IMG/VR virus record: IMGVR_UViG_3300021400_000028
Location: 106,250-170,249 of that record
From: a virus
Lineage: Duplodnaviria; Heunggongvirae; Uroviricota; Caudoviricetes
Direction: 5' to 3' (one strand)
Length of the DNA stretch: 64,000 nucleotides
Shown here: piece after piece, positions 1 through 10,098 of the stretch
Numbering within the stretch: the first letter of the stretch is position 1
Layout of the letters: the number at the start of each line of letters is the position of its first letter
Notes under the pieces: generated by a model
Database searches by the model: none
Told to the model about the DNA's origin: nothing
Seen by the model: the letters and a program-made list of their open reading frames with translations, nothing else
Position numbers and translations under genes: made by a program

Positions 1-88
1 AGACATTAAATACAAGCCATAAAAAGGTTCTCTAATTAAAAGTTTTCTTATGGCTTGTGGTAAAGTTAATGGCATAATTTAATCTTTT

Positions 89-985
89 TTAATAATAACC
101 TAATGCTTTGTCCCAAGCATCTTCTTCGATTATTGATATATAGTCATCTTTATCTTTTGCACAATCTTCACAATAAGGAGAAATCCAACCTCTACTTATA
201 TATTTTGCTGGTTTACCACAATTAATGCACGTTTTACGCGAAAGTTCTTCATATTTTGGTATAATTGTGTTAAACATTTCTTCTGTACCACCGTAATCAT
301 ACCAACGCAAAGATCCAAACTTCTCTTTAATTTGAGTAATTCTATATGCATTTAATGCTTTTCTTCCTCCGGCTTTAAGTAAAGATTGTTTTATTTCTTT
401 ACATATTTGTATACCAAATTTCTTACGCCATCCTTTTGGCATAACGTCTAATTCAGTATATGTTGGAATAATAAAAATTTTATCAAGAATATTTTTGTCT
501 ATCCAATTCAAAACTTTATATTCTTGTAGTTTTCTTTTATCATTTAATAGTTTTACAAACTCGTAACAAAAACCATAATTTGTTTTATCGTTTTCATCAG
601 TAGTTTTAACATAAATTGTTATGTTACTGCTATTATTCCAAAATGCAGTCATTCCAAGAATTGTAAACTTATCGTCACTATTCCATAAAAGACTTTTTAA
701 ATCATGTTCTTTTACTTCTAAATGGTTTTTAATGATAAGTTTTCTATTCTTTATATCCAAATCTACAGTTACACTATGGTCTTCTATATGAGTAACTAAA
801 GGCTCTTTTGGCTCATATCTTGTTGCAGTAATTCCGAATTCCCTAATTGCTTGATGATTTAATTTATAAAGTACACGATCTAATTTATATGCATGATGTT
901 TTCCATCCCATCTATTTCTTGGATAGAGGAATGGAAAACGAATACATAAAATAGATGCTTTAATTGCCTTCTTTAATTTGTTCAT
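89..985 (-). CDS. hypothetical protein with C-terminal Cys-rich zinc-ribbon (CINCGKP...CEDC)
   Basis: 298-aa ORF on track; C-terminal CxxC...CxxC; no recognisable catalytic motif. Confidence 0.45.
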   Translation of the reverse strand: MNKLKKAIKASILCIRFPFLYPRNRWDGKHHAYKLDRVLYKLNHQAIREFGITATRYEPKEPLVTHIEDHSVTVDLDIKNRKLIIKNHLEVKEHDLKSLLWNSDDKFTILGMTAFWNNSSNITIYVKTTDENDKTNYGFCYEFVKLLNDKRKLQEYKVLNWIDKNILDKIFIIPTYTELDVMPKGWRKKFGIQICKEIKQSLLKAGGRKALNAYRITQIKEKFGSLRWYDYGGTEEMFNTIIPKYEELSRKTCINCGKPAKYISRGWISPYCEDCAKDKDDYISIIEEDAWDKALGYY

Positions 986-1931
986 ATGTACAATATTTTC
1001 TATTTATAAATTCATCCATTAAGCTGTCTGCTAATATTTGAGCATCAGGATGAGGCTTTCCAGTAGCAGCAATATGTGAACGCAGTCTAAAGAAGTGAAT
1101 CCAATCTTCTATAAACCCGGTCATTATAAGTTCGCTTTTAGTATCTAAAGGAAGAATACCACGTGCCTCTTGCGGTTTGAGTTTATATCCTTCATCTGTA
1201 GAAATTAGATACATATAATCAATTTCCATATGTGCTAAACACTCGTACCATGCAGATACACTTCTGTCAACACATATAAGTTCATCGATTAACTCCATTC
1301 CGCGTAAATCCATTAAATACTCTTGCGACTCATGCGTTAATGGATTTATATGCGATGCTCTTTCTGATTGTATATCATAAATCCATTGTGGAATAATATA
1401 TGTTATCTCTGAACCAAATTTATCTTTGGAATAATTCACATAACGAGTAGATTCTTGCATAAAACTAAATTTTCTGTGTCTTGTGAATTCACGACCAATT
1501 CCTATCGATGTAATGAATTTAACAGTATATCTTTTTGCATGATACTCTGTTGGTTCACACATATATTGTAAATCACTCTCCCATCCATTTTCAATAATTA
1601 CTCTAGCGTTGGTTGTGATATAATATTCTAATTTATCGTTATCAATCCACTTACTTGTTACACGAGAATAAGGATTACTTTTATAATCGTCTATTGGTAA
1701 TTCAGGATCACCGTTGAAATCATACACATAACGTAGATATATTGTTCCATGTTCTAAACAAGCCAAGTGCTTATTTTTTATAAGAGTATCGACCATCTTT
1801 TTTGCAGAATCTTCTGTAATTTTATCCTCGCTTTTATAAGATGTTCTCGCAATACGTTCTACATGTTTATATAAACCTATTAAATTTGGTTGCTGCTTGA
1901 TTATTTCAAAACTACTATCTATAAATTTCAT
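960..1931 (-). CDS. thyX: flavin-dependent thymidylate synthase ThyX
   Basis: 323-aa ORF with the ThyX signature RHRxxSxxxxSxR (EFTRHRKFSFMQESTRY). Confidence 0.85.
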   Translation of the reverse strand: MKFIDSSFEIIKQQPNLIGLYKHVERIARTSYKSEDKITEDSAKKMVDTLIKNKHLACLEHGTIYLRYVYDFNGDPELPIDDYKSNPYSRVTSKWIDNDKLEYYITTNARVIIENGWESDLQYMCEPTEYHAKRYTVKFITSIGIGREFTRHRKFSFMQESTRYVNYSKDKFGSEITYIIPQWIYDIQSERASHINPLTHESQEYLMDLRGMELIDELICVDRSVSAWYECLAHMEIDYMYLISTDEGYKLKPQEARGILPLDTKSELIMTGFIEDWIHFFRLRSHIAATGKPHPDAQILADSLMDEFINRKYCTYEQIKEGN

Positions 1932-2878
1932 AAGGTTCTATTTTTATAATTGTTGCATTTGGAAATTTATCTTGTGCATATTTTATTAATTCTTCATTTG
2001 AATAATTGCCAGAATTCAATATTAATGTATCCTTATAAACATCTTCATATTGCTTATATGTTACCTTATAACATTGCTCATTTCAAGGAGAGCCATATTC
2101 ATTATAATACACTAGCATGTTCCAATAAATTCATAATCATATTCTGGTGATGGGAATATTTCTTCTATTTTAGCAAATGCATTAAGTTTTTCATCTGCAC
2201 GTATAATTACATAATGTTCCCATATTTTTCCGGCCGGTAATATTTTTGTAACTTTAAATTCAAATTTAGCCATAATTAATAACTCAATCTAAAGAACGTT
2301 TATCTATATATGCTTGTACAATTTCAGCTGCCTCTTCTCAAGAAACAGCTGATACTGGTATATTTCCTATACCAGCAATTGTTATGTTAAATATTTCCAT
2401 TATAGACCTGTTTGAGTTGTATAAAAATCTATAATACCTTGTCCAATTACTCTAACTTCCTCATAATCATAAGAATCAGAATCTCCTTCATCATTTATAG
2501 TTTCTTCCTTTAATGGAACAACTTCAATAGAAACATCACCAGTATAATTATTAATTTTTGTGTAGCAATGTTCTCTATATTCATTAAAGAAGTTAGGACA
2601 AAGTTTTAAAACATCTTCATATTTGAAAACAGCTACTAATCCAGCATCTGCACAAAAATGTCCAAGAACCTCTTCAGTATTTGCATCAAATGTTGTACAA
2701 GACCAATCACCGTAAATAGTTCCAGACCAAATAAATTCAACGCCGTTTATTACAGATTCATGTTCATAATCACAATTATCATCAAAAACATCTGAATTTA
2801 ACCAATTGTGATAAATTTCATCAGGAATTACATAACAAGGATCTGTAATTATTAAAGTTTCATTATTAAATTTCATAA

Positions 2879-3763
2879 TTAAAAGTTTCCATAATAAGTT
2901 TGACAACACAAAAGACCTAATTTATCACGCCACATTTTGCAAACTTTATCTCGATCATCAAATACTACTCTAACATCGTGATTTGGTTCAATATATTTAT
3001 GATACATTTCTTCTTTAACAATTTCATCAGGTCTATGATCACCAGCTTCTCGCATATATAGTTCAAAGTATCCTCCAAAATTATCTTCTATCCACGTTTT
3101 AGTCTTTTGCTCACAATTTCCAATCTTTTCTCGTCCAGATAAGAAGATAATTTTATATTCTCGTTGATACAAATCCCAAAGAAGTGAAAACAATCTGTCT
3201 TCTGGTAAATCGGTATCACATTTCTCATAATCATACGGATTTCTACCTTGTCTCATTGAAACAGTACCATCAATATCACAAAGTACTGTTTGTAGCTTTG
3301 TTCTATCAATTGGTTTTCTGAAACGAAGATCCCAATTTTTATCATCGAGTAATTCAGGCTTATATTTTGCATAAAAATCACGAATTACTTTAAATCCTAC
3401 AGGACGTTTACGAGTATTGTTAGAATCTCTTTTAATTGCTTCAGAAAAAGGTAGCCAGAAGTCTTTATATTCTATTTCACAATTATATTCATCTGCAAGA
3501 GCTTCCCATTTTGCAATTGTTTTTGGATTGCAATTAGTAGCATCAATAATGACATTCCATCCATCGTTTACTGCAGAAATAATACTATCACGTTCTATTT
3601 TAGAAACAAGATTTTCTCTTTCTGGAACCCAATATTCACCTAAAGACTCACGAATCGAATCACGGCAAACAATTACCCAATGATTATTTTCAGAAATAAA
3701 TTTGCGAGCAAATGTAGTTTTTCCACTCGCTTGAGGTCCCTGTAATACTAATATTTTACTCAT
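2879..3763 (-). CDS. pnk: polynucleotide 5'-kinase/3'-phosphatase (T4 Pnk-like)
   Basis: N-terminal P-loop GPQASGKTT; C-terminal HAD phosphatase motif DIDGTVS; domain order as in T4 Pnk. Confidence 0.8.
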   Translation of the reverse strand: MSKILVLQGPQASGKTTFARKFISENNHWVIVCRDSIRESLGEYWVPERENLVSKIERDSIISAVNDGWNVIIDATNCNPKTIAKWEALADEYNCEIEYKDFWLPFSEAIKRDSNNTRKRPVGFKVIRDFYAKYKPELLDDKNWDLRFRKPIDRTKLQTVLCDIDGTVSMRQGRNPYDYEKCDTDLPEDRLFSLLWDLYQREYKIIFLSGREKIGNCEQKTKTWIEDNFGGYFELYMREAGDHRPDEIVKEEMYHKYIEPNHDVRVVFDDRDKVCKMWRDKLGLLCCQTYYGNF

Positions 3764-4406
3764 TTTGAAGTATTTTCTTTATTTTATCTCTCTTTAAAAG
3801 ATCATCTGTTCTTTCTCTAAGTAAAGTATATGGTCTGTTTAAATCAAAAGCGTATCGTTCTATTAAATCAGCGTCTTCAACCTCACTTCTAAGAGCGTAA
3901 TATTCTGGAGAAGCTTCCTTAAAGTTAACAATTTTGTGATTTTCTATAATTTGATTGGCAAATTTACACTCTACAAGTATTCTCCATAAGTCTGTAAAAT
4001 CAACAGATTCATTTAAAGCAATCTTTCCAGATATTTCAGAAAGGTGCTTATCAATTTGCTTTCGTAGTTGTAATGGGTTGGTTTGCATTAAAAGTTTAAC
4101 ATGTTCTTTAATTACAAACTTCTTATTTAAACACGAACACTCCCAACAAACGATATCTCCATTTAGAACATAATCAAACCAATCTTTTATTTTATATATT
4201 GTAAATTTTGTACCATTATCATAAAGAATGTCAAATTTTTGTTCGTGGCTAACTAATCCAATCCAATCTTCTGGGTAAACAAAATCTTTATTAACAACTA
4301 CAACGTAATGATTAAATTCTTTTTCCTTTAATCCATATACAGAAGAACTCAGGTTGTAAATATATAAACAACCTGAGTTTTCTTTAAAGTATTCTAATGC
4401 TGTCAT
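3756..4406 (-). CDS. hypothetical protein
   Basis: 216-aa ORF, TAATG-type overlap with neighbours. Confidence 0.4.
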   Translation of the reverse strand: MTALEYFKENSGCLYIYNLSSSVYGLKEKEFNHYVVVVNKDFVYPEDWIGLVSHEQKFDILYDNGTKFTIYKIKDWFDYVLNGDIVCWECSCLNKKFVIKEHVKLLMQTNPLQLRKQIDKHLSEISGKIALNESVDFTDLWRILVECKFANQIIENHKIVNFKEASPEYYALRSEVEDADLIERYAFDLNRPYTLLRERTDDLLKRDKIKKILQNE

Positions 4407-5827
4407 TAATTATCGTCTTCAATATTAGATTCTCCTGCATCAAGTTCCTTAGCTTCACCCTGTAAAAAGGCAAAACATTTTAATTTATATGCAAATGCTC
4501 GAGTATTATCAATCTTAATAACAAGACCTTCGTGAGGAACCTTATTTCTACAACTTGGTGAATTCTTTTCCATGAAAAATTCAGAATCATTAGCCAATTT
4601 CTCTAAGAATTGATCATACCAATCACTAGGAAATATTCTATCACCATTACAATCTTGGTATAATTCTTGATACAATTCTCCAGCATATCCATAATACCAT
4701 TCAGTAACAGGAGTTAATCCACATTCATTACACCAAATTTGGACTTCTCTTGGACTAAATTCATGAACATAACCATCTACATTTGTTAAAGTAATACGAT
4801 AAACTCTTACTTTAAAGTGTTTCTCTGGAGTATATGGCTCGTCTTTTTCTGGAGGAACACAACCGTAATCATAGTTCTTTTGAATATACCCACCATTAGG
4901 TAAATATCCAACTATTTCGTAATACGCAGTCATTCCTTTTTTAAGTTTCGGACGAATAATCTTATCTGCTTCAGCCCAAACATCTACTCCATAGTAACCA
5001 GGAGTTACATCACGATTATAATATTGATTTTTAATAACTGAACGAGAAGAATATACATAATCATAAACTTCTTCGTAAGAATCAAAAGACTTACCACTAA
5101 TCCAATTCAATATACGTTTAACAAAAGAAATAGGTTTCTTGCACAAAACATAAGCACTAATTCCACTTGTACCGTGTATCTTTTCAGACAAATGTATTAA
5201 ATCATCAGGTTTAATAGCATCCTTAAATTTCTTAATTTGCTGTGTATCATAATGGAATCTAAACTGAGTATCTATAATTCTATTAAAACGTTTTACATTC
5301 TTCTGATTACGATTTTTGCCATTCTTTCCAGGAGTTCCTTGTGTTCTATGAACAACATATTTCTTACAAATCCAGAATTCCTTTCCATTGTGTTCAAATG
5401 CATCAAATTCCAATCCGTCATGAACATCAATATTAGACGTATCTAACTGTGTATCATGACCAATCCAATCCAATACAAGCTTTAAAGGAATCAAAAAACC
5501 TTCAGAAAGACAACCACGAAGTTTAATAGCTTTTACACGACCATTATCTTCAAACATGCCTGTCTTTTCAGTATTACTATTCTTTTCTTTATGACGATAA
5601 AGATTAGCAAATGAAAGAAAGTTAGGATTTATACAGCTTGAAGTTGGAAAGTAAACAAACAAACCAGGTTGTTCATCTATTCCAACAATTATATTCCAAC
5701 CTCCAACAGAAGCACATTTAAGTCGTGTTACTTCAGGATCTGGATGATTGTGAAACGAATCTATTTTAACAACTTGTGCTAAATAATTAGGATTCGCCTT
5801 CTTTGATTTTATTAGTTTCATCTTCAA
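4406..5827 (-). CDS. RNA ligase (Rnl2-family nucleotidyltransferase) with N-terminal extension
   Basis: Motif I KIHGTS (T4 Rnl2 is KIHGTN), motif IV EGLVIK, motif V YKLKC in the C-terminal ~270 aa; sits next to pnk. Confidence 0.75.
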   Translation of the reverse strand: MKMKLIKSKKANPNYLAQVVKIDSFHNHPDPEVTRLKCASVGGWNIIVGIDEQPGLFVYFPTSSCINPNFLSFANLYRHKEKNSNTEKTGMFEDNGRVKAIKLRGCLSEGFLIPLKLVLDWIGHDTQLDTSNIDVHDGLEFDAFEHNGKEFWICKKYVVHRTQGTPGKNGKNRNQKNVKRFNRIIDTQFRFHYDTQQIKKFKDAIKPDDLIHLSEKIHGTSGISAYVLCKKPISFVKRILNWISGKSFDSYEEVYDYVYSSRSVIKNQYYNRDVTPGYYGVDVWAEADKIIRPKLKKGMTAYYEIVGYLPNGGYIQKNYDYGCVPPEKDEPYTPEKHFKVRVYRITLTNVDGYVHEFSPREVQIWCNECGLTPVTEWYYGYAGELYQELYQDCNGDRIFPSDWYDQFLEKLANDSEFFMEKNSPSCRNKVPHEGLVIKIDNTRAFAYKLKCFAFLQGEAKELDAGESNIEDDN

Positions 5828-6113
5828 TTTCTTTTAATTCTATTACTACATCAAATACATCATCAAGCGCATCAATATTGAATTTAACAATATATCCTTC
5901 AATGTTATTTGCATCTAATGCATCTAAAAGTTCGTATAAATCATATAGATAATCTCTAAAATCACCCCATCCATTTAAACCACCATATAGTGTAACAATT
6001 ACATTTTGAACTTCGTTTACACTAAATTCTGGAGAATGAAGACGCGATGTATTCTCAAAATCTTCTTCAAAGAAAATATCTTCAAAGATTTCTTGAATTT
6101 CAGAATTTGTCAT
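5787..6113 (-). CDS. small acidic hypothetical protein
   Basis: 108-aa ORF, Asp/Glu-rich. Confidence 0.35.
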   Translation of the reverse strand: MTNSEIQEIFEDIFFEEDFENTSRLHSPEFSVNEVQNVIVTLYGGLNGWGDFRDYLYDLYELLDALDANNIEGYIVKFNIDALDDVFDVVIELKEIEDETNKIKEGES

Positions 6114-6220
6114 TTTTAAGTCCTTTTAAAAGATTATTTTTACAAAAATAATACCTACTTCCAATTAAAAATAATAATCAATTTTTAATAGGTTTTAGGT
6201 ACCGTTAAATTGAAATTGAT

Positions 6221-6721
6221 TTAAAGGTTAGAATACAATTCTTCAACAGAATTAAAATTGGAATTTCCGAAACAAAAATCGGCAATTTTCTCTTCACCGT
6301 CTTCACCAAAAATAACCTTAATAAGATTCCATACAAGATCATTATGCTTGACTTGAATTGAATCAAGAGTAATTCCAAAAGTATATTCAAGCTTTCTAAA
6401 AAGATTTTCAAGATTCTGATAATCATTAATCCATTTACGAAAATCTTCAAGTTTCATAGTCTTTTTAGAACCTTCTTCAACTAATTCATCTGGATTCTGA
6501 CAATCGTATTGATGATCTAAAATAACATCTTTAGTTTTTGTTTCAGGAATAGTTTCTTCATTTTTAATTGCTGCTTTAGCTGAATTCATTGCTTCTTGTT
6601 TTTCAACTTCTTCTAAATATGAATTAACCAAATCATCAATACTTTCGTTAGTAAAAATACCAGCTAACTTAATTAAAGGGTTGTTTTTAAGAGCATTAAT
6701 TTCTTCTTCTGTATATTTCAT
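6221..6721 (-). CDS. hypothetical protein
   Basis: 166-aa ORF. Confidence 0.4.
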   Translation of the reverse strand: MKYTEEEINALKNNPLIKLAGIFTNESIDDLVNSYLEEVEKQEAMNSAKAAIKNEETIPETKTKDVILDHQYDCQNPDELVEEGSKKTMKLEDFRKWINDYQNLENLFRKLEYTFGITLDSIQVKHNDLVWNLIKVIFGEDGEEKIADFCFGNSNFNSVEELYSNL

Positions 6722-6733
6722 AGTTATATGTTA

Positions 6734-7903
6734 TTAAATGTCATTTTCATATCTAACTGTACGAAATGATGGCAAATTTGGAACAGGATGCTCTGTATGA
6801 GTCATTCCAAAATACTTAACAGTTCCCATTTTACCAATTATTTCGTTTATGTGCTCACGATAATATTGTTTTTGTAGTCTATCGCCAATTGGTTTAGCTT
6901 TAAACTCTGTTCCATCTGGCATTGCCATTAAGAAACACATATCTTCTTCACGAAGACCTTCGACAATTCCTTTAATTAAAAATTCTGAATCTTGAAATTC
7001 TTTAATTTTAAGACACCTATTATCACGAGCACCGCATTTATATTCTTTATCTGGATCTTTTATAACGAGGCCTTCGTATCCATTTTCAACAGCCTCATTG
7101 TGCATATCCATTATTTGATCAAGACCTTTTATAAGTCTTTGTTCAATAATTACTAATTTTGAATCAGAAGGACAATTCTTTTTAAACTCATTAAGACGTT
7201 CAACACGTTCTTTAAAAGGAGACTTTTCATCGACAATATCATAACAGTGAAAACAAAGCTCTTTATGATCTTCTTCAAGAGTTTCTTTTCTTACCAGTCC
7301 ACTGATTCTTTGTAGATTTCATAGATGGCGATAAAGTTCTCCATCGAGTATTAGTCCTTCGTTTTCAGTAAGTAATTTTACAATATATGGATCTTGACGA
7401 ATATAAGTTGCTGCTATATCATAATCACCGCCGCCTCTAGATGAGGTATGAACTTCACCATCTCTCATAAATAATAGCATCCTTACTCCATCATGCTTAT
7501 ATGATCCATATCATTCTCTCTCTGTTAATTTTTTATTTTCTTTATCGAGAATCTTACATAACATTGGTTTTAAAGCACCATTTGCATCAGTCTTGGTATC
7601 TCCAAGAATTTCTTTACATTTACCTTCAGTTAGTTCACTTACAGAAAGATCACTAACATCTTTATATCCTTTATCAAGATACTTTTTAAAGTTAGAATTA
7701 AACTCTAGAGTCAATTGTTCATCAATTGATCTTTTAACTTTCCCCTTAAGTATCTCAATATCAGGAGCAATAGTCTTTTTTCCAGTTAATAGACCAGATT
7801 CTCTATGAATAAGATATTTATTATCTACTCATTCTGTTCAAATATGTATATAACGAATTTTATTCTTGGAATCTAATCCAATTGCATGTTTATCTAATTC
7901 CAC
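6734..7903 (-). CDS. ATP-dependent DNA ligase (in-frame TGA read as Trp; start uncertain: TTG near 7714 or GTG near 7903)
   Basis: Track fragments 6734..7111 and 7511..7714 are in the same frame. Motif I YKHDGVRML lies upstream of an in-frame TGA at 7319-7321; a second TGA at 7511-7513. Motif IV EGLVIK and motif V LKIK are in the 3' fragment. Confidence 0.75.
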
Positions 7904-8316
7904 TGTAATATTATATTATTTTTATTTTTAGGAAATTCAATTGGGCATTTAAAAACAATTTTAGTATCTGTTAATTCTAAAACTTCTACTTCTCCGGCTC
8001 TTTCACAATTGAATCTATTTCTATAGCTTACATATAACAAGTTATAATTATTTGGAAACTTATCAAATAGGATACCTTCATAAATAAATAAATTAGTATC
8101 TATATTAATTAATTTAACACCATAAACGGTAATGAACTTGTCATATATAAGATCTCAAAAGAAATCTTCTACTTCAGAACCAATACATATAAAATCACTA
8201 ACTGGTTTTGCCTTAATTTCCATTAACGCTTTCGTTAAATCCTCACTTGTTAATAGTTTAAACTGAACAGGTTCTAATTTGTTTATCTGACCTCGAAGTC
8301 CATTATTTCAATCCAT
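7894..8316 (-). CDS. hypothetical protein (2 in-frame TGA)
   Basis: Starts at an ATG overlapping the dut stop (TAATG); reads MDWNNGLRGQINKLEPVQFKLL... and ends at TAG 7894. Confidence 0.4.
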
Positions 8317-8768
8317 TACTTTCCGGTGCTTCCAAATCCATCAGAGCCTCTATCTGTATTAGAAAGTTCTTCAACGTTATTCCATTCAACTCTTTCGTGC
8401 TTACTAATAACTAATTGAGCAATTCTATCACCATTGTTAATAGTGAATGGTTCAGATGACAAATTAACAAGAATTACGCCCACATTACCTCTATAATCTG
8501 CGTCTATTGTTCCAGGTGTATTAAGTACAGTCACTCCGTGCTTTAATGCAAGACCACTTCTTGGTCTCACCTGTGCTTCATATCCAACAGGAAGTTCTAT
8601 TGATAAGTTTGTAGGAATTAATTTTCTTTCAAGACTTCGAAGAGTTACTGGTTCATCTAAAACAGCACACAAATCACATCCAGCAGCTTGTTTACTCTGA
8701 TATTGAGGAATTACTGCTCTTTCGTCTAATTTTTTAATATTTATCTTCATAAAATCCGTTCCAAACAT
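8316..8768 (-). CDS. dut: dUTP pyrophosphatase
   Basis: All five dUTPase motifs present (AGCDL, RSGLA, GTIDADYRG, RGSDGFGSTG). Confidence 0.9.
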   Translation of the reverse strand: MFGTDFMKINIKKLDERAVIPQYQSKQAAGCDLCAVLDEPVTLRSLERKLIPTNLSIELPVGYEAQVRPRSGLALKHGVTVLNTPGTIDADYRGNVGVILVNLSSEPFTINNGDRIAQLVISKHERVEWNNVEELSNTDRGSDGFGSTGK

Positions 8769-9018
8769 TATTTATTTCTTTAAGTTCATCTTCTGTAATA
8801 GTTGTACCGTTAATATTAGATATTTCTGTAATTAATATAATAGCATCGTCATCATATTCATTGTGCTTTAATCACTTATTCAATAAAATATTCATGACAG
8901 CTTGCCATCTAAATTCTAAAGAAAATAACGGAAGTTCTGCAAAAACACAATTTACATAAGGATCACCTACAGATTTATGTGTTTCTTTAAAGACTTTAAC
9001 ATCTTTAACACGCATCAT
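8734..9018 (-). CDS. hypothetical protein (1 in-frame TGA)
   Basis: Hand translation MMRVKDVKVFKETHK...; ends at a TAA that overlaps the dut start. Confidence 0.35.
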
Positions 9019-9049
9019 TCAGCTGTTAAATTTACTGACTTTTATCATT

Positions 9050-9319
9050 TTAATCATATCTAAATCCCCACGAGTCAAGTCTGTTATTGATACAAAAATC
9101 CCAATTTCTATTTATACAATTTATTTCTTCTAGTGTTAATTTAGATACATGATTATTCGTAAGCAATATGTAATCTGATAAAATTGGTATTACTTCTTTA
9201 GGTGAATATAACCCTATAAAATCATGAAAAATTGGTTCACAATCGAAAATTGGAAGTTCTACAATAAAGTTGAGCACTGTATCAGTCACAGATAAAAGTT
9301 CCTTTTTGATTATTTTCAT
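9050..9319 (-). CDS. hypothetical protein
   Basis: 89-aa ORF ending at TAG followed closely by TAA. Confidence 0.4.
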   Translation of the reverse strand: MKIIKKELLSVTDTVLNFIVELPIFDCEPIFHDFIGLYSPKEVIPILSDYILLTNNHVSKLTLEEINCINRNWDFCINNRLDSWGFRYD

Positions 9320-9320
9320 A

Positions 9321-9349
9321 ACAAAAAAAGGAAGTCTTTTAGACTTCCT
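9321..9349 (-). terminator. rho-independent terminator-like hairpin
   Basis: Perfect stem AGGAAGTCT / AGACTTCCT with a 3-nt loop, followed on the minus strand by a T7 run. Confidence 0.55.
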
Positions 9350-9353
9350 TAAA

Positions 9354-9561
9354 TTATTGTTTTACATATAAAGTACAATGACAAATATTATTTTCACGAT
9401 ATTCTTTACATGGACAAAGACGATCTTCGTGCGTTTCTCCAGGATTCTGACAAGGACATTCTCCGTTATTAAGTTCGCAACGCTTAAGAATTGCATTTAC
9501 CACTTTATCGTTTGGGTTTAATATTCAACCTTCTTTTCTAAGAATCTGTATCATTTTTCCA
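9354..9561 (-). CDS. small Cys-rich protein (putative zinc-binding)
   Basis: Hand translation MIQILRKEGWILNPNDKVVNAILKRCELNNGECPCQNPGETHEDRLCPCKEYRENNICHCTLYVKQ; one in-frame TGA; start overlaps the nrdG 3' end. Confidence 0.3.
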
Positions 9562-10098
9562 AAATAAATCAGTTCTATCATAATATGAACCAGCGTAAGC
9601 ACTCAACTTATTCATTATCCTGCCATTCATATAAAATCTTTGATTGGTATTGGGATTGTTTATAGGTCCAAATTCTGATTTATATGGCCCAATTTTTATA
9701 TAATCAATTTCTGGCATATCAACAGGTATTTTGTCTCGACCTGTATACCAAGCTACTTTTATGTTTTTAAACAATAAAGGACAAAAACGAAAAAGATTAT
9801 ACAGTTCCTCTAAATCAGAATCTCCGCCCATAAAACAAATACAAGTAATTCCTTTATTTTCTGCAACTAAATCGCACAATTTACCTACTCGAAGTGGAGT
9901 TCCTATATCTTTCCATAATTCTTTTGAATGACATTCTGGACAATGATAAGGACAATTAGTTAAATTAATACACAAAGAGATTTCGTCAGGCACTTCTGAG
10001 AAAGTAACCATTGTATTAAGATATTTTAACATCGTTTTCTTTAGTATATGTTCTACCCTTTTGTTCAACCTGTCTTTCTTTGGATCAATTGTCAACAC
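9538..10098 (-). CDS. nrdG: anaerobic ribonucleotide reductase activating protein (radical SAM)
   Basis: Cx3Cx2C cluster CPYHCPEC; lies immediately downstream of nrdD. Confidence 0.75.
   Translation of the reverse strand: MLTIDPKKDRLNKRVEHILKKTMLKYLNTMVTFSEVPDEISLCINLTNCPYHCPECHSKELWKDIGTPLRVGKLCDLVAENKGITCICFMGGDSDLEELYNLFRFCPLLFKNIKVAWYTGRDKIPVDMPEIDYIKIGPYKSEFGPINNPNTNQRFYMNGRIMNKLSAYAGSYYDRTDLFWKNDTDS

Noticed and set aside
7894-9540. Possibility that TAG is also read through (in-frame TAGs after 7894, nrdG ending at TAG)
   Set aside because: Several genes end at TAG with the next gene starting immediately (e.g. 19006/18998), and read-through products are short and not conserved; TAG is kept as a stop
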